Assembly: GCA_965197905.1 (NCBI GenBank)
Contig: CBDAOB010000003.1
Location: forward strand, 928,001-992,000
Origin: Candidatus Latescibacterota bacterium
Lineage (GTDB): Bacteria > Latescibacterota > UBA2968 > UBA8231
Direction: 5' to 3'
Length of the DNA stretch: 64,000 nucleotides
Shown here one piece after another: positions 21,646 through 31,485 of this stretch. Made by a program: the position numbers and the translations under genes. The number at the start of each line of letters is the position of its first letter. Position 1 is the first letter of the stretch. Under the pieces are notes generated by a model, which saw only the letters and a list, made by a program, of their open reading frames with translations, did not search any database and was not told the DNA's origin.

Positions 21646-23802
21646 ATGTCAGATCTAGCCTGGTGGCTTGAGAAATCGAGCATGGATTGCTCTCCAGATA
21701 AGTATTCTGAGGGGGAACCTGTCACCTCCAACGACCTGCGCCCCAACAGTGGTCTGCGTGAGGGCGACATTTCTCACGCCGAGGTAAACGACTTTCTCCG
21801 CGTTCTTCCAAAGACGATCATATTCGGCCAGCAGAATCGGCTCCGCCCCGACGGCTTATTGCTGGATGATGAGAAGCTGCCCCGCTTCCACTCCGGCCAC
21901 GATCTGGTAAAGTTTTTCTACAGCGGCGTACGACAGCTGCCCGAGTACATCGTGGACGCGCTGCTGGCCAGCGGTATAAGCATCACGCTGGTGAAGAGCA
22001 CGGACCTGCTGGTTTACTATCACCCCAGGAAGCATCAGTCGTTTCATACCGGGCGTACTCGTAAGACGATCTACATACCCGAAATGGTTCTGCTGGAGGC
22101 GTACGACAAGGGGTACGATTACTGGGCGATCAGCGAAGTTATCATCGAGGAATCCTGGCCTCTCCTAGACTACCTGCTGATTCTGGATCTGGTCCGTCGC
22201 TCTCAGAGCCATCTTCGTGTTCGGTTTACGCTCGGACGCGGGTTTGTCCTAGAAACATTAAGACAGGCCAACAAACATCTAATGGAGAACGAGGACTATA
22301 CTGAGAACGAGTTCAATCTGTTCTTCGGGCAGTACCAGAACAAATTTCTGGCGATGGGTCGGGAGATCCTTGAAAAGGACGCCACCGAGCTGGTCGATGA
22401 GATCTTCGACGAAGAAAAGGAGCGGACATGGGCAAGCAACAAGCTCTACAGTGTCGTCCAGTCCTTCAACTACCCGACATTCTACAACATCGATCGCGAC
22501 ATCGTGCACCCGGCGGCTATGCGCATTGCCACCAATCGGGGCATTCCAACCGAGCCGCAAACGGTGGAGGATTATCTCCACGATCTTGGAGACGCAGCCC
22601 GCTTCGAGACTGGAGTCCAGATCAAGACCGATGCTATCATCGACAAGCTCATCGCCATCGGCGCACCGGGGATCCGCGGTTACGCCAGCCTCGGCTGGAG
22701 CATGGAGGTGTTTTACGGGGCTGGCTACTACCCCACCCTCGAGTTCAAACGCAAGCTACAGGTCTTTTCAGCCTCTCCCCCCGACGGCATTCCCGGAAGC
22801 ATATCACACGATTTCGAACGCCTGTTGCATCTGGAAGAGTTTGAGGAGCTACATCGGCGCTATCTGGACTTCGACCAACTTCCCTTCAGGCGGAAACGCC
22901 TGATACTTCTGAAATTGCTCGACGCATCGGGCACGGCGGATCGACGTCAACTGACCTTCGAGATCGACAATACACTGTCCTACGCCAACGACGACACTGC
23001 GATCTTGCGCGGACTCGCAGATATTTTCTACGAATACTATCTGAATGTGGATCGGCAAGAGCCCGATTGGGAGAGTTACTTTCTGGGACGCACATTGGTC
23101 AAACTCGATAGACACCCCGAATATCACGAAACGATTCTCCCCCAGTATATGAGTTTGAGTGACCATCCGATCCCGGTCTTGTCAGACGATCAGGGAGCGA
23201 GGGTGATGGCCTTGATGGCGCTGATACCTGAAGACCCGCTACGTCAATCCTTCGATCCGCAGCGTCTGCGGGCCCGTCTGTATCTATTCGAGCAGGCGCA
23301 CGCCACAGATCCCAATGATGGGGAGCTGGTCCCTCTTCTCGTGGGTATCCTACTGCGTCTGGATCGCTGCGAGTACTATGATCAGATTGCGGCAACCGTG
23401 AGAGCCCTGGGTGAAGTGACCAGGCCGATCTGTCTCGAACTGGTTGAACAGATCGGCGAGAAGGACCTTCGGCGGCAGAGGATTCGGCAGACAGCCCTGC
23501 GCCTGCTCGCAAGCTCTGAACCTAGCGAAAAGTCAAACGATGCCGTCGCTGGTGCCGAAGGGGCCATGAATTCTCCGCTGCTGATCCAGGGTTTCTACCA
23601 GGTAATGGGCAAAGAGGCAGCCGTTTTTGACTTTGGAGACGGACCGGTCTTCGGTCGCGACCAGCCAATGATTTCGACGATGAAAGATGAAGGGTTTACT
23701 CGCGAACGGATCGCCGCAGCGCTCACTGCAGAGGATGCTGAAATCCCCCGTGAGCACCGGGCTGTTCTGCGGGTCCTTTTTTGTGGGGGATATAACACCT
23801 AG
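21646..23802 (+). CDS. Hypothetical 718-aa protein, probably mostly alpha-helical
   Basis: Long ORF with protein-like composition; family not recognised; start uncertain. Confidence 0.75.
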   Translation: MSDLAWWLEKSSMDCSPDKYSEGEPVTSNDLRPNSGLREGDISHAEVNDFLRVLPKTIIFGQQNRLRPDGLLLDDEKLPRFHSGHDLVKFFYSGVRQLPEYIVDALLASGISITLVKSTDLLVYYHPRKHQSFHTGRTRKTIYIPEMVLLEAYDKGYDYWAISEVIIEESWPLLDYLLILDLVRRSQSHLRVRFTLGRGFVLETLRQANKHLMENEDYTENEFNLFFGQYQNKFLAMGREILEKDATELVDEIFDEEKERTWASNKLYSVVQSFNYPTFYNIDRDIVHPAAMRIATNRGIPTEPQTVEDYLHDLGDAARFETGVQIKTDAIIDKLIAIGAPGIRGYASLGWSMEVFYGAGYYPTLEFKRKLQVFSASPPDGIPGSISHDFERLLHLEEFEELHRRYLDFDQLPFRRKRLILLKLLDASGTADRRQLTFEIDNTLSYANDDTAILRGLADIFYEYYLNVDRQEPDWESYFLGRTLVKLDRHPEYHETILPQYMSLSDHPIPVLSDDQGARVMALMALIPEDPLRQSFDPQRLRARLYLFEQAHATDPNDGELVPLLVGILLRLDRCEYYDQIAATVRALGEVTRPICLELVEQIGEKDLRRQRIRQTALRLLASSEPSEKSNDAVAGAEGAMNSPLLIQGFYQVMGKEAAVFDFGDGPVFGRDQPMISTMKDEGFTRERIAAALTAEDAEIPREHRAVLRVLFCGGYNT

Positions 23803-23901
23803 CGGCGGTGCGAATCACGACGACCACAGACGCGGACCGATCCGGCCAGGCACGATAACCCGAGCCGGTCGTTGGACGACGCGAGTTTTCCCCTCGGACG
23901 C

Positions 23902-25389
23902 CTAGACGAACTGAATGGAATAAAGACAGGCACTCCTTATTTCCAGGTTTAGACGCACTGGCTTTCCTTCCAGCTGAGAAAGATCAGCCCCTTCCCATTT
24001 CATTGCGTGTTTACCGCTCTTCAAAATCTGGCTCGAATTGTCGAAAGTGAATCCTTCGATCTTGCCGCCGGACTGATCTGTAAGAGATGCACGCACCTCA
24101 CATTCATCGAAGTTCATGACATCCGTCGGAACGCTCTGAGGCACAGATGCGTCCACGTCGATCAGCAGCTTTGAGCCTTTGAAGATGATGGGTCTGGTGA
24201 TGATCCGCCCTTGATTGGGCCCTGCCAGCAAACCAGCCCAACGGTCCTCAGGGGTGGTGGCCAGGTTGACGGTCATGACGCAACGTTCGCCCAGTCTGGT
24301 TGGATTGGAGCTGTGGGCGCCGCTGAAACCGGTGTAGTAGATCCAGATCTGACCGTCGTGCAGGATCGGTCCAGAGGGCATCAAGTAGCCGGCATCGTAG
24401 GAGCCGACCTCGCCGCGATACAGAAAGGGCATTTCACGGTCCACCCAGTTCCAGTTGAAACCGTCGCGACTGCTCATCAGGAAGACATCCCAGACCTGGT
24501 CATGGGTCTTGTGCACCATGAGGAAGCCGAGGTAGAACTCCCCAAAAATCCCGGCGGTAAAGTACTGGTATTGGTGATCGACCCGGTCCTTGGCGTCAGG
24601 TGCCAGCATCATCCGCGTATCCGTCCAGTCTTCGAAGTCATCGCTTTCGGCATACCCTACGGTGCGGATGTGGCGGTGGCTGCCGATGTTGTCGATTTCA
24701 AAGGCAAGAGGGTGACCGGGCCGAAAGTATCCAACGTATTTCTGTCGCAGGTGATCCCATCCCAGCACGGAGTTCGCATCTGCCACGTTCGTAGGGTAGA
24801 GCACGACCGCCTTATTGTTGTAGGTCCAGTGGAGGCCGTCGGGAGAGTAGGCGTTGACCATGCCGCCGGGGGGCTGGTGGCCTCCTGGACCGTGCATCTC
24901 ACCCTGGGCTTTGTAACGCCGCTGCGGGTCGGGATCGCGGGGATCTTTGAAGGTATTGTAGTAGCTCGGCTCGCCGTGTATGCCAAGCAGATTGTTCTTC
25001 GTGGAGCCCTCGAATTCGATGAGACCGAGCTCCGGTTTGTCCCAGTTGTAGCCGTCGGTGGAGGTGGCGTAGCACCAGGGCCGGCGGCCCCTGTCCAGGG
25101 CCCAGGGCACATACCACATCTTGAAGATCTTCTCCTCCTTATCGTAGAGCACTGTCTGTCCCACGATCTCCACGCCTTCGTTCTTGCCGCCATATTTGCC
25201 CTGTTCGCAGGGACGGTCTGCCACCATGACGGGATTGTCAGCATACTTGGTGGGCCGGTACTGATAACGTGAAATGCGACTGGCTTCATCCACCAGAAGA
25301 TCGTCGACGAACAGTTGCTTCCTGTTGCCAATGTCCACGATGCCCGAAGATGGGGTGGACGCGCGTTCGAAAATGGATCCTGTTTTCAC
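23902..25389 (-). CDS. Uncharacterised glycosidase-like beta-propeller protein (paralog 3)
   Basis: KQLFVDD, STDGYNW, SPDGLHW, SRDGFNW, LYSIQF; RBS GAGGAG, GTG start. Confidence 0.78.
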   Translation of the reverse strand: MKTGSIFERASTPSSGIVDIGNRKQLFVDDLLVDEASRISRYQYRPTKYADNPVMVADRPCEQGKYGGKNEGVEIVGQTVLYDKEEKIFKMWYVPWALDRGRRPWCYATSTDGYNWDKPELGLIEFEGSTKNNLLGIHGEPSYYNTFKDPRDPDPQRRYKAQGEMHGPGGHQPPGGMVNAYSPDGLHWTYNNKAVVLYPTNVADANSVLGWDHLRQKYVGYFRPGHPLAFEIDNIGSHRHIRTVGYAESDDFEDWTDTRMMLAPDAKDRVDHQYQYFTAGIFGEFYLGFLMVHKTHDQVWDVFLMSSRDGFNWNWVDREMPFLYRGEVGSYDAGYLMPSGPILHDGQIWIYYTGFSGAHSSNPTRLGERCVMTVNLATTPEDRWAGLLAGPNQGRIITRPIIFKGSKLLIDVDASVPQSVPTDVMNFDECEVRASLTDQSGGKIEGFTFDNSSQILKSGKHAMKWEGADLSQLEGKPVRLNLEIRSACLYSIQFV

Positions 25390-25595
25390 AGTTCGTTCTC
25401 CTCTTGATTGAATTCACACTGCCAGGCGTTGTGGTCATCAGACGGCGGGCCGCATATAGAGCTGATGCCGGCTTTCGACAATTAACCCTTCGTCATCACC
25501 AAGTCAATGGCAGTAGAGTAACTACTTGTTAATTTACGATTTACGTGGCAATTTCGAAACGTCCCTGACTTTTTTACACAATTGAATAAAAAACC

Positions 25596-25645
25596 TTGAT
25601 CAATTATTCGATAGCTGCTAAATTATGTCTGCGGGAATTCCCGCA
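25596..25645 (+). promoter_or_regulatory. Sigma70 promoter with overlapping palindromic operator candidate
   Basis: TTGATC (25596-25601), 17 nt, TAAATT (25619-25624) preceded by TG; A-rich UP-like tract; perfect palindrome TGCGGGAATTCCCGCA at 25630-25645. Confidence 0.6.
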
Positions 25646-25670
25646 ATCGCAATTACCATAGGCTGGATCT

Positions 25671-26891
25671 ATGAACGACTCGAGTCAGGAAATTTATCGG
25701 CATCTGGTCAAGGAAGCCCAGGCACCGATCCGCGATGGCGTGGTCGCCCAGACCGTTCCGGAAATGTCCGCGGCTGTCGGAAAGAGTGTCCGTTCCGTCG
25801 AGTACGCATTGAAGGACCTAAAGACTGATGGTCTGGTGCTTGAGCGGAAACATCGGTTGACCCGGGTGAAACTGCCCAACGGGCCAGGCCGGATGTTCAT
25901 ACGGGCCGATCTTTCCGGGCGCGACTTGCGAGACATGAACCTCGTAGGCGCCGATTTGTCCGCTGCAAATCTCACCGGCGCGGACCTTCGAGGGGTGAAT
26001 CTACGGGGCGCCAAACTGAATGAAACGACGCTGCGCGATGCGGATCTCGAGGGAGCTTGCATGAGAAACGTCACCGCCTTCAGGGCCGATTTCACCGGTG
26101 CCAACATTGTTGACACGGACGGGGCGGGCGGCCGTTTCCCACGAGTTCAGCTGGCGGGCGCCACTGTGCGGAACTTCCGAGTCGCTACCCCCTTGCAAAA
26201 TCAGAATATGTGGGATCATGCGTCTGTGGAGGTGGAGCAGCTGCCGGAGATGGTCGGGATCGGCCACACGCATTACTTGATGGCTATGTGGATGGAGGAA
26301 GCAATGAAGCACCATCCGCATTCGCCGGCTGTCTCAGGCCTGGTTGAAAGCGAGAGATACGGTTGCTGGGGAGAGTATTTGACTTTCGTGGGTCTGCATC
26401 ACCCCGAGTATCTTCGCGAATTTATCGCAGCCGGGAGGTGCGAAGACACGGATCCAATGTTACAGGAAAGCCTGGAGGAAGGCCTGTCATTCCTGTACGC
26501 TGCGCTGAATGGTGTTCCTGCGATCAAATTCGTCGAGGATCTGCTCTCGCACCCACTGCCCCGAATGTGGGCGGTGCATTATCAGTGGCGGCTGCAGCTT
26601 TTCAAAGATCAAGTCGGCTATAAATCGGTGGTGAGTCCGGAAGAGCTGGACAGCATCGGAGGATGCCCCACCGATCAGTGGGATTCGTTTGATCAACAGT
26701 GGTCACCCGAAACGGTTTTTCTGCCCAAGCTGCTGGACCATGCAACTCCCGCAGTGATAGCCAGGGTTCGAAAGAATATCGAACGAATAGGTCCGTTGGA
26801 GATCCCGGACCTGGCCGCAAAATTCTGCGCGGATTTTGAGGAAAGCGAGTATTCCGCTGGCTCTGGGAGTTATACGGAAGCTGCCGGTTAG
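25671..26891 (+). CDS. Winged-HTH + pentapeptide-repeat protein with unknown C-terminal domain
   Basis: HTH-like TVPEMSAAVGKSVRSVEYALKDLKTDGLV; repeats ADLSG RDLRD MNLVG ADLSA ANLTG ADLRG etc. Confidence 0.8.
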   Translation: MNDSSQEIYRHLVKEAQAPIRDGVVAQTVPEMSAAVGKSVRSVEYALKDLKTDGLVLERKHRLTRVKLPNGPGRMFIRADLSGRDLRDMNLVGADLSAANLTGADLRGVNLRGAKLNETTLRDADLEGACMRNVTAFRADFTGANIVDTDGAGGRFPRVQLAGATVRNFRVATPLQNQNMWDHASVEVEQLPEMVGIGHTHYLMAMWMEEAMKHHPHSPAVSGLVESERYGCWGEYLTFVGLHHPEYLREFIAAGRCEDTDPMLQESLEEGLSFLYAALNGVPAIKFVEDLLSHPLPRMWAVHYQWRLQLFKDQVGYKSVVSPEELDSIGGCPTDQWDSFDQQWSPETVFLPKLLDHATPAVIARVRKNIERIGPLEIPDLAAKFCADFEESEYSAGSGSYTEAAG

Positions 26892-26894
26892 TAC

Positions 26895-26939
26895 AAAAAA
26901 ATAGGCGCATCGTCAGGTCGGCAAACTCGCCGATGCGCC
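26895..26939. terminator. Hairpin downstream of the pentapeptide gene
   Basis: GGCGCATCG (26904-26912) / CGATGCGCC (26931-26939) preceded by A7, so the U-tract lies on the minus strand. Confidence 0.5.
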
Positions 26940-27051
26940 ATATTGCACAAGGATCACCCTAGGAGGGTTGGACCATGTACGTATCACAATCTACGAATCA
27001 AGAATTCTTATTGCAAGAAAATATTCGTGGCTGCATGCGGGTGGGGCAATA

Positions 27052-27255
27052 ATGTCTCGCGCGACCTACCGGCACGTGACCGACGAAGGAATCCTCGAGA
27101 TCGACGAGACTCGAGCCCGCATTTTGATCGAGTCCCGCTACCAGCCCTCCGTCCATGCCGTCATGATGAATGATCTACAGGCTGGCAACCGAATCGAAGT
27201 GCGCAAGGGCCACATTGAAGTGGTGCAAACGTTGTCCGCGGAGGCTGAAGCCTGA
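27052..27255 (+). CDS. Small hypothetical protein (67 aa)
   Basis: MSRATYRHVTDEG...; G-rich RBS-like GGGG upstream; protein-like composition. Confidence 0.5.
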   Translation: MSRATYRHVTDEGILEIDETRARILIESRYQPSVHAVMMNDLQAGNRIEVRKGHIEVVQTLSAEAEA

Positions 27256-27686
27256 TATCAGCCCGCTCCGGGCGCGGCCGGTCCATTCGGCCACCTTTTT
27301 GCAAGGCCGCCATGGCCTCGCTGACCATTGATCTCTAAATCTCGCCTCGCCTAACAAACTGCACGGTTTCGCCGCAGATCCCTCGCTAAAATCTGTTCTA
27401 CATCTGCTCGGATCACTTCCTCAGAAACGTGTGTAAGGTCTTCTGGGAGTAAGGTTCCGGCCAAGGATTGACCACAACGCCGAGACTGGCAAATGCCCTT
27501 GCCTAGGACCTCGTGCATCCTCACAGGCCGGTTGGTGTTTCGTCGCGTCCTAGGTAGATTGAGCCGTCGCGGGCGCCGTGACCAATACCTTCATCCATCT
27601 CAAGCGATTTCCCGGCTCCTGCAAGCTCACCATGACAAGGAAGGGCTCCGCAGGGAGCTGTCAACTCGGATCACCAGAGTCATTGA

Positions 27687-28675
27687 ATGTCCCCTAATGA
27701 TGCACTGAAAATCGCGGTTATTGGTGGCGGTAATATCGCTCAGAAGCACCTGCCGGTGCTCAAGGACATCGCTGAGGCCGAGCTTGCAAGTCTCGTCGAC
27801 GCCAACCCGCAGACGTTGCACGAAAGCGCCGATCGTTTTGGTATTCCGAATCGCTGGTCTTCCCACCAAGACCTGCTGGAAAAGGACCGGCCCGATGCGG
27901 TATTCGTCATGGTCAGCGTGTTGAGCATGGCGGAGGTGGCCGCGGAATTTGTTCAGGCGGGAATCCCGACTTTTCTGGAGAAACCTCCCGGACTCTATAC
28001 TTCCGATACGCGTCGGCTCGCTGCGCTGGCTGAGGAACACAATATCCTGGCGATGGTGGGTGTTAACCGGCGCTTCTATTCGACGATGCTCGAAGGCCGG
28101 AAACGGTTGCTGGAGGAAGGTCCCATTCGCAGCATTACCGTTGAGGCGCATGAGAGTATTCAGCGGGTGCGTGACAATGCTGCCAAGTGGCCCGAGGAGG
28201 TTATGCGGCGGTGGAGCGCGGCCAACGGCATCCACGCCCTCGACCAGCTGCGCTTTTTCGCCGGAGATGTGGAAAATATCGATGCACGGCACCATACCGT
28301 GGAAGGTCCGATGCCGGATTGCTGCACGGCATATATCGAGTTCGAGCAGGGGGCCGTAGGCCGGGGCGCTCATGGACTGGTTCGCACCGGGGACCCTTCC
28401 GCTTTGACGTGCGGGCCGTTGGCGCCACCCTCACCTGTGTGGACGGATTCAATCGACTCAGCTTTCAGCGGCGCGGCCACGATGCGGAATTCATCGAGCT
28501 GAACGAGATCGACCGGCGCTACAAGGCCGGTTTTTTTCGACAGGACCAGACCTTCATAGATTGTGTCCGCAGTGGCAAACCGCTTCCTTCCCCGGCGTGT
28601 ACGCTGGACGATGCCGTTAAAACTATGGAGCTGGTGGATGCGGTGGCGGGCACTGGAGAAGTCGAGGAGCGATAG
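27687..28675 (+). CDS. Gfo/Idh/MocA oxidoreductase, frameshifted at ~28365-28395
   Basis: IGGGNIA, FLEKPPG, GVNRRF, IHALD; C-terminus DAVKTMELVDAV in another frame. Confidence 0.85.
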
Positions 28676-28698
28676 GTCGTTAAGGATCACATGTGACG

Positions 28699-30110
28699 AT
28701 GGACACGAGCATTCTTCGGAGCGAGGTCGGCAGGCGGCATTTCATCAAAGCCTGTTCCCTGGCCTCTTTCGCTGCCGTGAGTGTTGTGGATCTAGCAGAA
28801 AAGCCAATCCCCAGGGTTATCAAGACGTGGACGAAGAAATCATCGTGGTAGGAGCAGGTGTGGCCGGACTTGCTGCGGCCAGAAGCTTAACGTGGCAGGG
28901 GTTCAAGGTTACGATTTTCGAAGGACGCGAAAGGATAGGCGGCCGCATCTGGACGGATCGTTCCTTGGGCATTCCCCTCGACCTTGGGGCATCGTGGATA
29001 CACGGTATCCGGCGGAATCCGCTGACCGATATCGCTAACGACGCTGGGATTCGAACGGTCAAGACAGATTTCGACGCGATAAAACTCTACGACATCGATG
29101 GCACCGTGCTGGCGGATGACGATCTAGACGACCTCGAGGAACTCTTCGAGCGGATATTTGAGGACCTACTGGAGGCCAAAAGATCTGCGGGGGACGACGC
29201 CTCGGTGGCCGGCGCTGTCGCTTCGGTTCTGTCGCGTTACGACTTGAGCAATGCGCAACGGCGTGGTGTTGAGTGGGTCATCGCCTCGGAGCTCGAACTG
29301 GAAGCGGCAGCCGATCTGGATGAGCTGTCGTTGCGAAGTTGGGATGAGGACGACGCCTTCAAGGGAGATGACGTGCTCTTTCCAGACGGGTATTCCCAGG
29401 TGCCCGAGCTGCTGGCCGAAGGACTCGAAATCCAGCTGGATCACCTCGTCTCGGAGATTGCGTACGATGAGCGAGGCGTGGCCGTCACCACGAATCGCGG
29501 CGTATTCCGCGGCGACCGAGCGGTGATCACTCTGCCGCTGGGCGTACTTCGCGAAGGCACGGTAAGGTTTTCACCGGTGCTACCGGACAGCAAACTAAGC
29601 GCCATCCAAGATCTACAGATGGGAACGCTGAACAAGATCGCCATGCGTTTTGGCGAACGGTTCTGGCCGGCTGAGCCGCATTTCCTGGGATATCTGGATG
29701 AGACAGCAGAAGAAGCGATGAACTTCCTGAACATGCACACCTACACCGGCGAGCCCGTGATCATCGCTTTCGCACGCGGGGCGCACGCTCGTTCTCTCGA
29801 GCAGCTTCCGCACGATGACATAGTGGAGCGGGTTATGGCCGATCTTCGCAAGATGTTTGGAAATTCGATCAGCGATCCCACGAGTGCCACTTTCACCAAA
29901 TGGCACGCAGATCCATGGGCGCGCGGATCTTACTCCCATGTGCCGCCGGGTGGAAGCATGGCAGACTACGTGGAACTGGCCCAACCCGTCGGAGACCGTT
30001 TGTTCTTCGCCGGCGAAGCGACGACAAGAAGGTATCCCGGAACGGTTCACGGGGCGCTGTTGTCCGGGGAACGCGAAGCCGAGCGAATTGCACAACGCGC
30101 CATCTCCTAA
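28699..30110 (+). CDS. Flavin monoamine/polyamine oxidase with Tat signal, frameshifted at A run 28799-28802
   Basis: VGAGVAGL, RIGGR, LGASWIHG, GSYS, FAGEAT, TVHGA; upstream frame reads MDTSILRSEVGRRHFIKACSLASFAAV. Confidence 0.85.
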
Positions 30111-30257
30111 CGCCGAGGTTTCTCGCGCCCGCAGTCAACGCCTAACGCCAACAAAACAGAAAGTCTGGATTCGAGCGGCTTAAACGCTTTAGACCGTCGT
30201 TGCGTCTAAAGCAGGTAGATGAGACATCCCTGTCGCCGATCTGCGGAGGATCTGTCG

Positions 30258-31115
30258 ATGACCTGGTGTATGTCCCAGCGGAGCTTCCTGCTTGTGGTGG
30301 CTGCCATTCCAGTTCTGTTGGGCGCGACTCCCCAAGCTGCTTGGGCGGGCGCCTGGGCACAGCCAAAGGGCCAGTACTATACAAAACTCTCCAGCAGCAT
30401 CTACCGTTCGGACGAACTGTTCAACGCGGTCGGTGACCGGCAGCCTATCTCCATCTACGGCTCCGACTTCAGGGCGAATCAGGCTTTCCTCTATGTCGAA
30501 TACGGCGTGCTCGACCGCCTGACGCTGATCGCTCAACTCGGCGCCGCATCTTTGGAGCAAGAGAGCAAGATCCGGCACAATCTACTACGTCTGAACACGA
30601 GTGGTGTCGGTGATCTGGAGTTCGGCGCCAAATACCAGTTGGTGGGTGCACCGATAGTGTTTTCCCCATCGCTAAAAGTGAAAATTCCCACCTCCTACGA
30701 CGATGACCTAACTCCGGCGCTGGGCACTGGTTCCTCAGACGTCGAGCTCGGAGTTTTGGCGGCCCGATCGCTATATCCCTTGCCGCTATACGTCGGTGTA
30801 GAAGCCAGATATCGTGTCCGGGGCGGGCCGTTCTCGAATCAGATCAACGCCGGTGCCGAGTTGGGTTCCAGACCGTTGAGCCGGCTTTTCATCAAAGCGA
30901 CCCTTGAAAACAGCAGAACGCTCAACGGTAACGTCGGACTGTCCGATTCCGGGTTGGTGCAGGTTTCCGAGGGGGGTTATACCAAGCTGGGTGTCATCAC
31001 AGGACTTCGCATCAGCAGTCTGCTTTGGTTGGAGCTCTCATTTGATTCCGTCGTGGCCGGAGAAAACGTGAGTGCCGGCCATTCTTGGGGACTGGGGCTA
31101 TCGCATGCGCATTGA
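30258..31115 (+). CDS. Putative outer-membrane beta-barrel protein (MetA-pathway/transporter-like)
   Basis: Signal peptide ending AWA-GAW; YVEYG, GVGDLEFG, LKVKIPT, ALGTG; alternating beta-strands; RBS GGAGG. Confidence 0.65.
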   Translation: MTWCMSQRSFLLVVAAIPVLLGATPQAAWAGAWAQPKGQYYTKLSSSIYRSDELFNAVGDRQPISIYGSDFRANQAFLYVEYGVLDRLTLIAQLGAASLEQESKIRHNLLRLNTSGVGDLEFGAKYQLVGAPIVFSPSLKVKIPTSYDDDLTPALGTGSSDVELGVLAARSLYPLPLYVGVEARYRVRGGPFSNQINAGAELGSRPLSRLFIKATLENSRTLNGNVGLSDSGLVQVSEGGYTKLGVITGLRISSLLWLELSFDSVVAGENVSAGHSWGLGLSHAH

Positions 31116-31151
31116 GACATCCGCTCGAATTTCAGACCAGGAGGAAAAGCG

Positions 31152-31300
31152 ATGAGAACAGTTTTCTTGCTGCCGATCTGCACGGCTCTTGGTGCGCTGA
31201 TCCTCAGTTGCAGCCAGCACACCGAAGAGAGAATCGTCGAAGCACCCGGAGCCGGTCCGGACTCCTTCCAGGACCGCACCGGTAAGGTATGGGACTTGAC
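31152..31300 (+). pseudogene. Truncated lipoprotein (DUF3179-like N-terminus)
   Basis: RBS AGGAGG; MRTVFLLPICTALGALILSC lipobox; DRTGKVWDLT, then collides with a convergent gene fragment. Confidence 0.5.
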
Positions 31301-31444
31301 TTCTTCGAGTACGTTCTCCAGGTGCTGAAGGCGGCGCGCCGGGCGATCGTCCTGATGTTGCCCGAAATGGTCCGGTTCATCCGCTGGGGCCAGGTGCATA
31401 TCGGAGATCACGGCAATGAAATTAGAAGAGTTGTGTGCGCCCAT
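31292..31444 (-). pseudogene. Truncated metallophosphoesterase (N-terminus only)
   Basis: FIAVISDMHL (DxH motif I)...LENVLEEVKS; GD and GNHD motifs absent; RBS GAAGG. Confidence 0.6.
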
Positions 31445-31485
31445 TTTGTCCCACCTTCCAAGGTAGCTTCATCGCGACTAGTAAT

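Noticed and set aside
27256..27686. Inverted repeats in the spacer (CCTAGGAC/GTCCTAGG and others) as a riboswitch
   Set aside because: Isolated short stems expected at this GC content; no coherent nested fold or known motif
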